A DNA stretch of 64,000 nucleotides from Patescibacteria group bacterium. Lineage in GTDB: Bacteria; Patescibacteriota; Minisyncoccia; Phycocordibacterales; PALSA-1337. The stretch's first letter is position 1, and every line of letters starts with the position of its first letter. The position numbers were made by a program, and so were the translations under genes. The notes under the pieces were generated by a model. That model was not told the DNA's origin. It made no database searches and saw only the letters and a list, made by a program, of their open reading frames with translations. The stretch is taken from contig JBBTYL010000003.1 of NCBI GenBank assembly GCA_038061795.1, positions 64,041 to 128,040 of the forward strand, written 5' to 3'. Of this stretch, positions 9,306 to 19,157 are shown one piece after another.

Positions 9306-10328
9306 TTAGACACAAATCGCAATGACAGCCAACTCAAGCGGCAACGACTCTATATAAGCTTTTCCTGTTGCATCATAAGATTTAAGAAGCTCCACAAGCA
9401 TCTTTGAATTCACAAGAGTTTTTTCTTCTTTAGCCAGAGCAGACAGTACTTTCCAATCATCCTCTGAAACGTGTTGTTGCAAGTCTGTTGCATTTGTCAG
9501 ATTCTTTAGCAAGAGAAGAATGCGCACTTTTTCAAGTACAAGCGCTATGAAAGTCTTTATTGAAATATTTCCTTCCTGTACTTTTCCGACCAAATCGAGA
9601 GCCTTTTCTTTTTCTCCATGAGCGAGCGCAGAGATAAAATCATTTACCAGACTCCCCTTTGGCGCGCCTGTAATAGCTTCAACCTCCTTTATTGAAACCT
9701 TATCGCCTTTCGTGGAACTCAGAACTTTCTGCAGGATTCCTAAAGTATCTCTGAAAGATCCGTCGCCAAGCAATGCAATCAAATCGGAGGTGCCAGTTTC
9801 CAAAGCAAATCCCTCTTTTTTCGCCACCTTCGTCACAAGCGTCTTCAGAATCTCCCGATTCGGCTTCTTAAAAGTGAAGACTTGGCAACGTGATACAACC
9901 GTCTCTGGAATTTTGTCAGTCTCAGTCGTAGCAAGAATAAAAAGCGCATGAGAAGGCGGTTCCTCAAGCGTTTTCAAAAGCGCATTGAACGCCTCTTTCG
10001 TAAGCATGTGCACCTCATCGATTATGTAAACTTTATATTTGGATTCGAAAGGAAGCACGCTGACGCCGTTGCGGATTTCTCGAATATCATCGATTCCTCG
10101 ATTCGAAGCCGCATCGATTTCATATATATCATTTTCACTGACATCAAGAGCTCGAGCAAAAATACGCGCAATGGAAGTCTTGCCAGTTCCTCGGCTTCCT
10201 GAAAAAAGATACGCATGCGACACCTTGTCGAGCTTTATAGAGCCTTCCAGCACGCTTGTAACGTGATCTTGGCCGATGACATCAGACCAGCTGGCAGGAC
10301 GATATTTGCGATAGAGTACATTGGACAT
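9306..10328 (-). CDS. dnaX: DNA polymerase III subunit gamma/tau (short form)
   Basis: YRKYRPxxWSDVIGQ, Walker A GSRGTGKTS, and DEVHML. Confidence 0.9.
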   Translation of the reverse strand: MSNVLYRKYRPASWSDVIGQDHVTSVLEGSIKLDKVSHAYLFSGSRGTGKTSIARIFARALDVSENDIYEIDAASNRGIDDIREIRNGVSVLPFESKYKVYIIDEVHMLTKEAFNALLKTLEEPPSHALFILATTETDKIPETVVSRCQVFTFKKPNREILKTLVTKVAKKEGFALETGTSDLIALLGDGSFRDTLGILQKVLSSTKGDKVSIKEVEAITGAPKGSLVNDFISALAHGEKEKALDLVGKVQEGNISIKTFIALVLEKVRILLLLKNLTNATDLQQHVSEDDWKVLSALAKEEKTLVNSKMLVELLKSYDATGKAYIESLPLELAVIAICV

Positions 10329-10332
10329 GTGC

Positions 10333-11301
10333 CTATTTTAGCACCTTGAGATAGTCTTTCACAATCTTCGTCACATCCTCCAATCCATTCGTTTCCATGA
10401 GCTTTACGCGAAGTTCCTTTGCACCATCCCAGCCGGAAACGTATGCTTTGAAATGCTTTTTCATGATGGCAAAGTTCTTTACATCGCCGAGCAGCTTGTC
10501 GAATGCCTTTGCGTGATCTAGCATGGCCTTGAGGCGTTCAGCTGTAGGAATATCAGTAACAATTTTTCCAGAAAAAAACCATGGGTTTCCAAAAATCCCT
10601 CTGCCTATCATTACGCCATCGCAGCCGCTTTCGGAAATTTTCCTTCGCGCATCCTCCATGCTATCAACATCCCCGTTTCCGAGAATCAAAGTCTCGGGCG
10701 CAAGCTTGTCTCGCAAAGCTACAATCTGCGGCATGAGATTCCATTGTGCCGGAACATCCGACATTTCCTTGCGCGTTCTCAGATGCACGGTCAGAGCCGG
10801 CAAATTTAGCTTAAGCAAAAATTCAATCCAAGATAAATCAATCTTGTTGTAACCAATCCTCGTCTTAACAGAAATTGGCAGCTTTGGCGCACCAGCTCGC
10901 GCGGCTTCGATGACCTTTTTCGCAGTCTCTGAATCCTTTATATGCGCAGCGCCTGCTCCCTGCTTTTCGACAGAACGATCAGGGCATCCCATATTTATAT
11001 CGATTCCATCAAAACCAAGCTTCTGGACAAGTTTCGCCGCCTCAAACATCTTTTCTGGATGAGACGTGAAAAGCTGTGCGACGATTGGTTTCTCTTTCTT
11101 TGAAAATTCAAGATCTGGCAGGAGCATTTTCCTTCCAGGCGAACAGAGTCCGTCTGCGGAAACGAATTCGGTCCACATCACATCTGGCTTGCCATATTTA
11201 GCGAACATGGAACGGAAAGCTGCGTCAGTGACATTGGCCATTGGCGCTATGACAAATATAGGCTTTTTGAGCTCCTTCCAGAAATTCTTCATAGGAATCA
11301 C
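10333..11301 (-). CDS. dus: tRNA-dihydrouridine synthase
   Basis: APMANVTD, DINMGCP and ALTVHLRTR motifs of the Dus family. Confidence 0.9.
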   Translation of the reverse strand: MIPMKNFWKELKKPIFVIAPMANVTDAAFRSMFAKYGKPDVMWTEFVSADGLCSPGRKMLLPDLEFSKKEKPIVAQLFTSHPEKMFEAAKLVQKLGFDGIDINMGCPDRSVEKQGAGAAHIKDSETAKKVIEAARAGAPKLPISVKTRIGYNKIDLSWIEFLLKLNLPALTVHLRTRKEMSDVPAQWNLMPQIVALRDKLAPETLILGNGDVDSMEDARRKISESGCDGVMIGRGIFGNPWFFSGKIVTDIPTAERLKAMLDHAKAFDKLLGDVKNFAIMKKHFKAYVSGWDGAKELRVKLMETNGLEDVTKIVKDYLKVLK

Positions 11302-11307
11302 ATACTA

Positions 11308-12315
11308 CTACCTCACAGCCTCCTCAAGCAAGTCAAGGATATCGCTGTCGCGGGCCGAACTGCCTAATAGCATGACGCCATAAACCCGCTTCTGTTTGCC
11401 TAATTCAAAAAGAGAAACGCTTGTTCTATCCGCTTCAGGAGTATATCCGTTCTTTCCGCCAGCATACGAAGCGAGATTGAGGAAATGAGTCGGATTGGTC
11501 CAGGTATGCGTGCGAATCGTCTTTGCCTTAGCAAGAGTGATGTCAAAGATTTCCGGCTCGTTCTTAAGCATCCATTGCGCAATGATGGAAAGATCGTGGG
11601 CAGTCGAAACGTTTTGAGACGAAAGGCCTGATGGATCAGCGAAATACGTGCGATACGCGCCGATGCTATTTACCCAAGCATTCATTTCTTTGAGAAAATT
11701 CTTGCGCCCGTAGGCCTGCGCCAAGACTTCAGAAGAGTCATTGCTCGAAACCATTAGCAACGGATACAGAAGCTCACCGACGCGCATTTTTTCGCCTTCG
11801 CGGAGGCGTGCCTCGTTTCCATAGGCCGCAAGCGCCTGCTTTGTGATTGTTATGGACTGATCCTCATCAAGAAGCTTCTTGGCGACGACTGCAGTGACAA
11901 GCTTCGTCACGGAGGCTATTGGCAAAAGCTTATCGGCGTTCTTTTCGAGAACGACGGCATTGCGATCAAGATCGATGACGACATATGCGGGCGCAGTGAC
12001 CTTTACTTTTCCCGTCGAAGGCAGTGAATTCTTCGCGCTTTCGATGACTTCCATGCCATCATCCGCAGAATAAATGAACACGCGTGAGAATCGCGAGACA
12101 AATGACGGGTCCTGATCGCTTTCTTCGAGCAAGGCGGTGTCTACGTAAGCTTCCTCATTCTGCTCAGCCAAGACTGTCGTCGCCGTATTCTGAATCGAAG
12201 GAAAAAAATGATTATTGACGAAACGAAAAGCGAAAATTCCCGCCATTGCGAAAGCCCCTCCAGTTGCGCAGGCCGTGAATATCGAGAAAAAAAGTGCGGT
12301 AAGATGTCGTGGCAT
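11308..12315 (-). CDS. D-alanyl-D-alanine carboxypeptidase (peptidase S11, PBP5-like)
   Basis: SxxK (ASVTK) and SxN (SSND) motifs plus a signal anchor. I chose the start at 12315 (MPRHL), 4 nt after the ftsQ-like stop; the track's start at 12351 would overlap that gene. Confidence 0.8.
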   Translation of the reverse strand: MPRHLTALFFSIFTACATGGAFAMAGIFAFRFVNNHFFPSIQNTATTVLAEQNEEAYVDTALLEESDQDPSFVSRFSRVFIYSADDGMEVIESAKNSLPSTGKVKVTAPAYVVIDLDRNAVVLEKNADKLLPIASVTKLVTAVVAKKLLDEDQSITITKQALAAYGNEARLREGEKMRVGELLYPLLMVSSNDSSEVLAQAYGRKNFLKEMNAWVNSIGAYRTYFADPSGLSSQNVSTAHDLSIIAQWMLKNEPEIFDITLAKAKTIRTHTWTNPTHFLNLASYAGGKNGYTPEADRTSVSLFELGKQKRVYGVMLLGSSARDSDILDLLEEAVR

Positions 12316-12319
12316 GATT

Positions 12320-13159
12320 TTATTTGAAGCTATAGAAGACGTTATTTCCAAAGCGTAGATTGATGTAATCGAAATTTCCTTTGGCCTTGGTATTATCCCA
12401 GAAAGCTATGAGATTGGACATAGTGTCGTCTAAAGGAATCCTGTCATCGAAATAGACAACTGCCGTGCTTTGGTCCATATTTTTTATATAGAGCTCATAG
12501 CTGCCGGCACTACCTATGAGCATGCCTAGCGTCGAGATGCCGTTTGCCCTAATGCCGCTGACAAAGGCTTGCAATGCCCTGAATCCTGCCTGGTCTATGA
12601 AATTCGTGCCAAGAGCAAGCTTATTCGAATCCGAATTCACATAGTATCTTGAATAAACGCCGTCAGAGAATCCTGGTGATTCGGTAAAAATGAACCCGTC
12701 CTTGTCAGCAAAGAAGCATTCGTCAAGCTCATCTTCCTCCCTGAATCCTTCGCAGACAATGGCTTCAGGGACACGCTCGGATACGGTGATTTCGAGAGTT
12801 GAAAAGCTTTTTCGTACAATTCTCATCGAATCGATCTTCTTATAGGCATCCATCACCGCAACTGTCATGTCGTCTTTTGGATAGAGAAAAGAGAACGATC
12901 GCGGAATAACATATAGATAATTGCCTTTTGTGGCGGCAAGAGCTTTTGCCTCAAGCTCTCCAGCCGGCAGGCTTCCTGGCTTCTCGAGCTTCACCGTCGT
13001 TATTTGAAAGAACGGAAGCCTCAAGAATAATACGAAAGCCGTAATAACAAAAAGTATACATACTACTGACAAAAAGACCTTTATTGTGGTCTTTTTGCGC
13101 TTCTTCTGGAGATATTTCGGTGATTGTAATGTGCGTGTTCGTCTGCTTATCATGAACAT
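12320..13159 (-). CDS. ftsQ: FtsQ-like cell-division protein (POTRA domain)
   Basis: Basic N-terminus, one TM helix, then a POTRA-like pattern (ITTVKLE..LEITVSERVPEAIV). Confidence 0.65.
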   Translation of the reverse strand: MFMISRRTRTLQSPKYLQKKRKKTTIKVFLSVVCILFVITAFVLFLRLPFFQITTVKLEKPGSLPAGELEAKALAATKGNYLYVIPRSFSFLYPKDDMTVAVMDAYKKIDSMRIVRKSFSTLEITVSERVPEAIVCEGFREEDELDECFFADKDGFIFTESPGFSDGVYSRYYVNSDSNKLALGTNFIDQAGFRALQAFVSGIRANGISTLGMLIGSAGSYELYIKNMDQSTAVVYFDDRIPLDDTMSNLIAFWDNTKAKGNFDYINLRFGNNVFYSFK

Positions 13160-13162
13160 TGA

Positions 13163-14422
13163 TTACGAAATGATGCTCTTCCCCATGTATTTCTGAAGTG
13201 CTTCCGGAATCCTGATCGTGCCATCTGCCTGCTGAAAATTCTCAACGAGGGAAACAAGGATTCGGGGGGTTGGAATAGCCGTACAGTTCAATGAGTGCGC
13301 ATAGCGAAGCTTTCCTTCAGCGTCCTTATAGCGGATATTTAGTCGGCGCGTCTGGAAATCGTGGAAGTATGAAGCTGAAGATATTTCGCGATATGTGTTC
13401 TCTTTCGGGACCCAGAGCTCGATGTCATATTTCTTGACCTGCCCAAGTCCTAGATCAGCTCCGCAATTCAAAACGGTATGATACGGAATCCCGAGAGACT
13501 CTATGAACTCTTCCGTGTTTCTGTTGATCTCTTCATGTACCGCGACAGAAGTTTCATGGCTTGCTTCGCAAAGAACAAGCTGTTCGAATTTATAGAATTC
13601 ATGAACGCGAATAAGACCCTTCACATCCTTGCTGTGCGCGCCAGCCTCTCGGCGATAACATGGAGAGAATCCGAGGTAACGCTTTGGAAGCTCAGCGATA
13701 TCAAGAACTTCCTCGCTGTGCATGCCCATAAGTGGAACTTCTGCGGTACCAACAAGGTAATCATTATCCTGCGTCTTATACAAATCCTCTTCTCCGTCAG
13801 GAAGATATCCTGTACCGTACATCGTTGGTCTACGAACAATAACAGGCGGAATGACTGGGATGAATTTCTTGTTGCTGAAGAATTCCATCGCGTACTGCCA
13901 GATAGCAAAAGAGAGGCGAGCGCCGTCGCCAGTCAAAAAGTATCCACGAAAGCCATGAACCTTTGATCCTCGTTCAAAATCCACCATCGCGAGCTTCGTC
14001 ATAAGCTCGACGTGATCCTTCGCTTCGAAATCAAATTTCGGCTTTTCTCCCCATTCTTTTATTTCCTTATTGTCCTTATCACTATCACCTTCCGGAACAG
14101 ACATATCTGGAATATTTGGCACGCGGAGCATCATATCCTGCCATGATTTCATAACCTCCTTGAGGCTGTCCTCTTCTTTCTGGAGAGCCTCTTTGACTAC
14201 TTTCATATCATTGATCATCTTCTGACGGTCTTCTGCAGAGGCAGTGGGAATTTTCTCGCTGATAGCGTTCTGTTCAGCCCGTTTCTTTTCTATGGAGGTG
14301 AGGGTCTCCTTGCGCTTGTCGTCAACAGCAATAAGTTCGGCAATGTCTATCTTTACATGCTTCTTCTGCGCGCCTGCCTGTACGATATCCTTATTTTCCC
14401 GGATGAATTTGATGTCTAACAT
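13163..14422 (-). CDS. serS: Seryl-tRNA synthetase
   Basis: MLDIKFIREN N-terminal coiled-coil arm and class II motifs (FRREAG-like CYRREAGAH, GTAIPTPR-like). I chose the second ATG at 14422. Confidence 0.95.
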   Translation of the reverse strand: MLDIKFIRENKDIVQAGAQKKHVKIDIAELIAVDDKRKETLTSIEKKRAEQNAISEKIPTASAEDRQKMINDMKVVKEALQKEEDSLKEVMKSWQDMMLRVPNIPDMSVPEGDSDKDNKEIKEWGEKPKFDFEAKDHVELMTKLAMVDFERGSKVHGFRGYFLTGDGARLSFAIWQYAMEFFSNKKFIPVIPPVIVRRPTMYGTGYLPDGEEDLYKTQDNDYLVGTAEVPLMGMHSEEVLDIAELPKRYLGFSPCYRREAGAHSKDVKGLIRVHEFYKFEQLVLCEASHETSVAVHEEINRNTEEFIESLGIPYHTVLNCGADLGLGQVKKYDIELWVPKENTYREISSASYFHDFQTRRLNIRYKDAEGKLRYAHSLNCTAIPTPRILVSLVENFQQADGTIRIPEALQKYMGKSIIS

Positions 14423-14491
14423 GAGTACTATCATACATTAAATGGGCTAATCAGTAAAATTCATAAGAATTTCATTTCAATTTATTAAACT

Positions 14492-15364
14492 ATGGTGATG
14501 GATGATATTTATTTATTAAAAGACAATCAAATTCCCTTTCCCTTAACTCAAATACCGCAGCCACCTAAGAAACTGTATATAAAAGGTATGTTGCCTAAAG
14601 AAGGCTCAAAGGTGCTCTGTATCGTAGGCTCAAGGAAGCACTCGAGTTATGGCGAGGGGGCTTGTCGAAAGCTTATCGCAGGCCTCAAGGGATACAATAT
14701 ATGTATAGTATCCGGTTTGGCCATTGGAATTGATGGAGTCGCGCATCGGGCAGCACTTGATGCTGGTTTACAAACCATCGCTTTTCCGGGATCAGGACTT
14801 GATGAAAAAATTCTTTATCCCTTACAACACTCTCGACTCGCTAAAGAAATACTCTTTGCAGGAGGCGGTCTGATTTCTGAATTCGAGATGAATCAAACTG
14901 GCGCTCATTGGACCTTCCCTCAACGCAATCGTCTGATGGCTGGGATTTCTGAAGCCACGCTGGTAATTGAAGCAGCGCACAAATCGGGCACTCTCATAAC
15001 CTCCAGGCTGGCGCTCGATTACAATCGTACGGTCTCGGCAGTTCCTGGTCCGATTACCTCTCGACTTTCCGAAGGACCGAACAGGCTAATTCGAGAAGGC
15101 GCGACTCCGATCACCTGCTCAGAAGATATTCTCGAAATGCTTGGATTCAATCGGCCAGAAAATGGAGCGGTTCAGAAAGAGCTTCCTCTCGATTTAAGCG
15201 AGAACGAAAGAAAAATCGTCCAGCTTCTTAAGATCGAACCTGTAACCATCGAAATGCTGATAATGAAAACGGGCCTGCCGGTACAAGAGGTGCAACAGGC
15301 CGTTTCCTTGCTCGAAATCCAAAACTTGATTTCTACTTCTTCTTCGAAACTTTCTTTGCTTTGA
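14492..15364 (+). CDS. dprA: DNA-processing protein DprA (Smf)
   Basis: IVSGLAxGIDxxAHRAAL and TLVIEAxxKSGTLITSRLA motifs. Confidence 0.9.
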   Translation: MVMDDIYLLKDNQIPFPLTQIPQPPKKLYIKGMLPKEGSKVLCIVGSRKHSSYGEGACRKLIAGLKGYNICIVSGLAIGIDGVAHRAALDAGLQTIAFPGSGLDEKILYPLQHSRLAKEILFAGGGLISEFEMNQTGAHWTFPQRNRLMAGISEATLVIEAAHKSGTLITSRLALDYNRTVSAVPGPITSRLSEGPNRLIREGATPITCSEDILEMLGFNRPENGAVQKELPLDLSENERKIVQLLKIEPVTIEMLIMKTGLPVQEVQQAVSLLEIQNLISTSSSKLSLL

Positions 15365-15785
15365 CTTCTTCTACAGGTTTTGGAGTTTCCTTTGATTCGT
15401 CCGTGACTTCCTTGAGAGCGCCTTTGAGCACAAGCTCCTGAACTGCAGTTACGAGTTTGTCGAGCTTTACGTTCATAGCTTCAATCTGTTTCCTTAGATC
15501 GGAATTATTAGCTGGGGCTGATTGAGGTGCGAATGAAGAAGTAAATGTTCGCGGATCTTTCCTGAAGGACCTGTCTCCGCCCATTGCGCTTCGTCCTGCG
15601 AAACAATCACGGCAGTATACCGGCTTTCCATCAGACGGTCGGAAAGGCACTTCGCATGTCTTGCCACAGCTTGCGCAAGTTGCCTTATGCATCGTCACTG
15701 GCCCTCGATCCTCCCTATTGCCTCCCTTATTGAATCGTCCTTTGAAGCTACCTCTTCGATCCCCTCCTCTTGAAAAGTTTTCCAT
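15333..15785 (-). CDS. CxxC-x17-CxxC zinc-ribbon protein with an RGG-rich N-terminus
   Basis: CASC-GKTCEVPFRPSDGKPVY (17 residues)-CRDC. Its 3' end overlaps dprA by 32 nt (convergent). Confidence 0.75.
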   Translation of the reverse strand: MENFSRGGDRRGSFKGRFNKGGNREDRGPVTMHKATCASCGKTCEVPFRPSDGKPVYCRDCFAGRSAMGGDRSFRKDPRTFTSSFAPQSAPANNSDLRKQIEAMNVKLDKLVTAVQELVLKGALKEVTDESKETPKPVEEVKAKKVSKKK

Positions 15786-15904
15786 ATGTTTTTATTAGCC
15801 TCTACCATATCACAGTAATATGAAACTTGTCAATGTTTCACCTTTTCTTTCATCAGCGAAAATTTGCCAATACTTTCACTCTCGTGTAATACTTATCCAA
15901 ACAT

Positions 15905-18190
15905 ATGAAATTACTTATCGTCGAGTCACCAGCAAAAGCAAAAACAATTTCCAAATATTTGGATGGCAAATACACTGTGAAGGCTTCCGTCGGACACATC
16001 CGCGACCTTCCGAAAAGCAACAAGAAAGCCATCGACATCGAGGGTGGCTTCATTCCGCACTACGTCGTCTCTCCAGGAAAGGAGCATGTGTTGCAGGAAA
16101 TAAAGGATCTCGCTGACAAAGCAGATGAGGTCATCCTCGCAACCGACCCCGATCGTGAAGGAGAAGCTATTGCTTGGCATATCGCCGAGGCGGCAGGTCT
16201 CAAGGATCCGAAGCGCGTCGTCTTCCATGAAATCACCAAGGAAGCGGTCATAGAAGCCATGGAACATCCACGCAAGATTGATGAGAATCTCCGCATGGCG
16301 CAGGAAGCACGGCGAGTGCTTGACCGACTTGTTGGCTACGATCTCTCCGGACTTATCTGGAAAAAGGTGCGTTACGGGCTTTCTGCCGGACGCGTGCAGT
16401 CACCCGCCCTTCGAATAATCATGGAACGCGAACGAGAGATCCGCGCATTCAAGTCTCACGCCTTCTGGGTCATTACGGCTGACACAACTACAAAAAACAA
16501 AACTCCTCTTCTTTTGACTTGTTCAGAAGAACCTACGGAATTCAAAGAAGTCGAGAGAATACTTAAACTTGGAAAAGAAAATGCCTGGGAAATATTGGGC
16601 GTGGAAGAAAGCACTATGAAGCGTTCTCCGAAAGCGCCTTTCATCACCTCTACTCTTCAGCAAGCTGCAAGCTCACGTCTCGGTTTCGCCCCTTCCCGCA
16701 CCATGCAAATCGCCCAGCGCCTCTACGAAGCCGGACATATCACCTACATGCGTACCGACAGCACGAACTTGAGCAAGGTTGCACTCGCTGAAATCGCAAA
16801 AGCCGTTGAGAAGAACTATGGAAAGGAATTTCTCCAGTTCCGAACTTATGCAAAGAAAAGCAAGAATGCGCAGGAAGCTCACGAAGCCATCCGACCTTCG
16901 CATATTGCAGATGAAACTGCTGGAATTAACGAGGAACAGAAAAAACTCTACAGGCTGATCTGGGAACGAACGGTTGCATCACAGATGACGGATGCGGAGC
17001 TTCTCAGGACAAAGATTGTTGCAAATATAAAAGGAATGGCTGAAGTCATTCCTGATTTTCACGCGAACGGCTCACGAGTGATCTCGCATGGCTGGCTCAA
17101 GGCGGATCCAGAAGCGCGAGGGGAAGATGTTGAACTTCCAAGGCTCTCTCAAGGCGAGGCTCTTGATCTCAAGGAAATAAAGAGCGAAGAAAAGGCAACG
17201 CAGCCACCAGGAAGATACAGCGAGGCAGGACTTATAAAGGAGCTCGAAAAGCGAGGGATCGGACGACCTTCAACCTATGCTTCCATTATCCGTACTATAG
17301 AAGAACGAGGCTATGTAGAAAAGGAAAACAAGGCTCTCAAACCGACTGACACCGGCGATGTTGTTTCAACATTCCTTGAGACGAATTTCATGAACTATAT
17401 CAACGATTCCTTTACCGCTGAAATGGAAGACTCTCTCGATGATATCGCGAATGGCGACAAACAATACTTGAAAACGCTCAAGGATTTCTATATCCCCTTT
17501 CTGAAAGAAGTTAAATTGATGGAAAAAGAGGCGAAGATCACCAACCTAGGCGATGCAGATGCAAAGTATAAATGCCCTAAATGTGGGTCAGACATGATCA
17601 TCAAGCTCGGGCGAAACGGCAAGTTCCTTTCTTGCTCGAAGTACCCTGACTGCGAAGGCGCGCTCATGATGGATGGAACAGAGATCAAGAAAGATGAACC
17701 GATCGGTATCGATCCGACAACAAACCTCCCCATCTTCGTTCTTGTCGGAAAGTATGGACCGTATGTCCAGCTTGGAAATTATGAGCCTAAGGTTAAAAAG
17801 GTTCCAGGAGAAAAGAAACCGCGAAGAAAGAAGGGTGATCCGATTGTGCCTAAACCTCCTAAGCCGCCAAAGCCACGCATGGCCTCGATTCCTAAAGGCA
17901 TGGATCTCACCAATATCAGCATGGAGAATGCATTGAAATATTTGAGTCTTCCGAAAGTTCTTGGTGTCTACCCACCAACGGGCAAGAACATCACAGTAAA
18001 CATTGGCCGTTTCGGTCCCTATATAGTGCATGATGCTGACTTCCGATCCCTTAAGGCAAAAGATGGTGATGATCCATATACCATCACTCTTGAACGAGCG
18101 ATTGCTATTCTCAATGTTCCAAAGGTATTTAGAAAAGGAAGGTTTGCGAAGAAGGCAATAGCAGCTCCTACGACTGAAGAGAAGAAATAG
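15905..18190 (+). CDS. topA: DNA topoisomerase I
   Basis: Toprim N-terminus (MKLLIVESPAKAKTI), the active-site region ITYMRTDS, and a C-terminal zinc ribbon (CPKCGS..CSKYPDCEG). Confidence 0.95.
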   Translation: MKLLIVESPAKAKTISKYLDGKYTVKASVGHIRDLPKSNKKAIDIEGGFIPHYVVSPGKEHVLQEIKDLADKADEVILATDPDREGEAIAWHIAEAAGLKDPKRVVFHEITKEAVIEAMEHPRKIDENLRMAQEARRVLDRLVGYDLSGLIWKKVRYGLSAGRVQSPALRIIMEREREIRAFKSHAFWVITADTTTKNKTPLLLTCSEEPTEFKEVERILKLGKENAWEILGVEESTMKRSPKAPFITSTLQQAASSRLGFAPSRTMQIAQRLYEAGHITYMRTDSTNLSKVALAEIAKAVEKNYGKEFLQFRTYAKKSKNAQEAHEAIRPSHIADETAGINEEQKKLYRLIWERTVASQMTDAELLRTKIVANIKGMAEVIPDFHANGSRVISHGWLKADPEARGEDVELPRLSQGEALDLKEIKSEEKATQPPGRYSEAGLIKELEKRGIGRPSTYASIIRTIEERGYVEKENKALKPTDTGDVVSTFLETNFMNYINDSFTAEMEDSLDDIANGDKQYLKTLKDFYIPFLKEVKLMEKEAKITNLGDADAKYKCPKCGSDMIIKLGRNGKFLSCSKYPDCEGALMMDGTEIKKDEPIGIDPTTNLPIFVLVGKYGPYVQLGNYEPKVKKVPGEKKPRRKKGDPIVPKPPKPPKPRMASIPKGMDLTNISMENALKYLSLPKVLGVYPPTGKNITVNIGRFGPYIVHDADFRSLKAKDGDDPYTITLERAIAILNVPKVFRKGRFAKKAIAAPTTEEKK

Positions 18191-18203
18191 TAGTGGTGAA
18201 GAT

Positions 18204-18887
18204 TTAAATCGCCGATTTTTCTTCTGCTTTTACAACAATCGGTTGGTCAACTTCTAATTTTAACTTTTCTTCCTCTTCTTTTTTCTTTCTTTCTTGATAT
18301 GGCTTTATTCTCCTATCATAGAAATTCTTTAAAACTTCGACTTCTGGTTGCATGAAATAAGTAGGCAGATAGACGACTCCTTTCCTGGTCTCATATTCGA
18401 TGATATATCTAACTTCTCTCAATTCTGAGAAAAATGGTGCGGGATAATCAGATATATTTGTTGTATATATAACTGAACCTGTTCCAAAAGCAGTCGCAGC
18501 TATTATTTTGTCGGCAAGTGAAATCTGATGATCTTCGATTTTCATTTCTTTATAAAAACATCCGAGTCTTGCAGCTGCTCTCAATATCGAATTATCAGCT
18601 TCAAACGTCTTAAGACCTCTCAAAGCATCTTCCGTTTTTAACTCCTCATCAAGAGTAGATCCTTCTATAAGTTCATAATTTGTAACGGAAGATATTGCAA
18701 TATTCCATTCACCTTCTGATTTCGAAAATAAGTCTTGTAGATATGTAACCATATCATTTGCAACCTTCTCCTCAATTGGTCTTGTAGCACCTCGACACAT
18801 CGACAATCTTGATATGATATTCGTATCAAGAATTAAATAATTTATTTTTACTTCTTCCTTACTCGTTTCTGTTTTCTGTGCGTCCAT
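18204..18887 (-). CDS. PIN-domain (VapC-like) nuclease with a K/E-rich C-terminal extension
   Basis: YLILDTNIIS, NYELIEG and SLADKIIAATA..TTNISDY match the PIN acidic residues and the VapC D-x-x-IAATA motif. The start could be 18887 or 18923. Confidence 0.65.
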   Translation of the reverse strand: MDAQKTETSKEEVKINYLILDTNIISRLSMCRGATRPIEEKVANDMVTYLQDLFSKSEGEWNIAISSVTNYELIEGSTLDEELKTEDALRGLKTFEADNSILRAAARLGCFYKEMKIEDHQISLADKIIAATAFGTGSVIYTTNISDYPAPFFSELREVRYIIEYETRKGVVYLPTYFMQPEVEVLKNFYDRRIKPYQERKKKEEEEKLKLEVDQPIVVKAEEKSAI

Positions 18888-19062
18888 TTTCGGTAGAATA
18901 AAAAGCACCGCTTGTAATAGCATTTCTTAAAACCTCCAGCGACTCCTCGGTAGAAAGCTTTTTCTGATGCCTTCCGTTTACTTTTGAAGATTTACCGGAT
19001 CTATTTAATTCAAACTTTCCTTCTTTTAGAGTTGGTAACCCAATGGTGTTTGTTTTACTCAT
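18859..19062 (-). CDS. Small ORF upstream of and overlapping the PIN gene (possible antitoxin)
   Basis: 67-aa ORF in antitoxin position, overlapping the PIN gene by at least 29 nt. No family recognised. Confidence 0.35.
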   Translation of the reverse strand: MSKTNTIGLPTLKEGKFELNRSGKSSKVNGRHQKKLSTEESLEVLRNAITSGAFYSTENGRTENRNE

Positions 19063-19092
19063 AGTATATACACTATAGCAGAATCAATCGTT

Positions 19093-19120
19093 AGATTTTA
19101 TATTTACATATATAAAATCT
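19093..19120. promoter_or_regulatory. Perfect 11-bp inverted repeat (candidate operator)
   Basis: AGATTTTATAT-ttacat-ATATAAAATCT, about 30 nt upstream of the small ORF/PIN pair, next to a TATAGT -10-like hexamer (minus sense). Confidence 0.4.
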
Positions 19121-19157
19121 GTGTCATAGTTTTATTTAAAATCACTGTAGATGCAAA

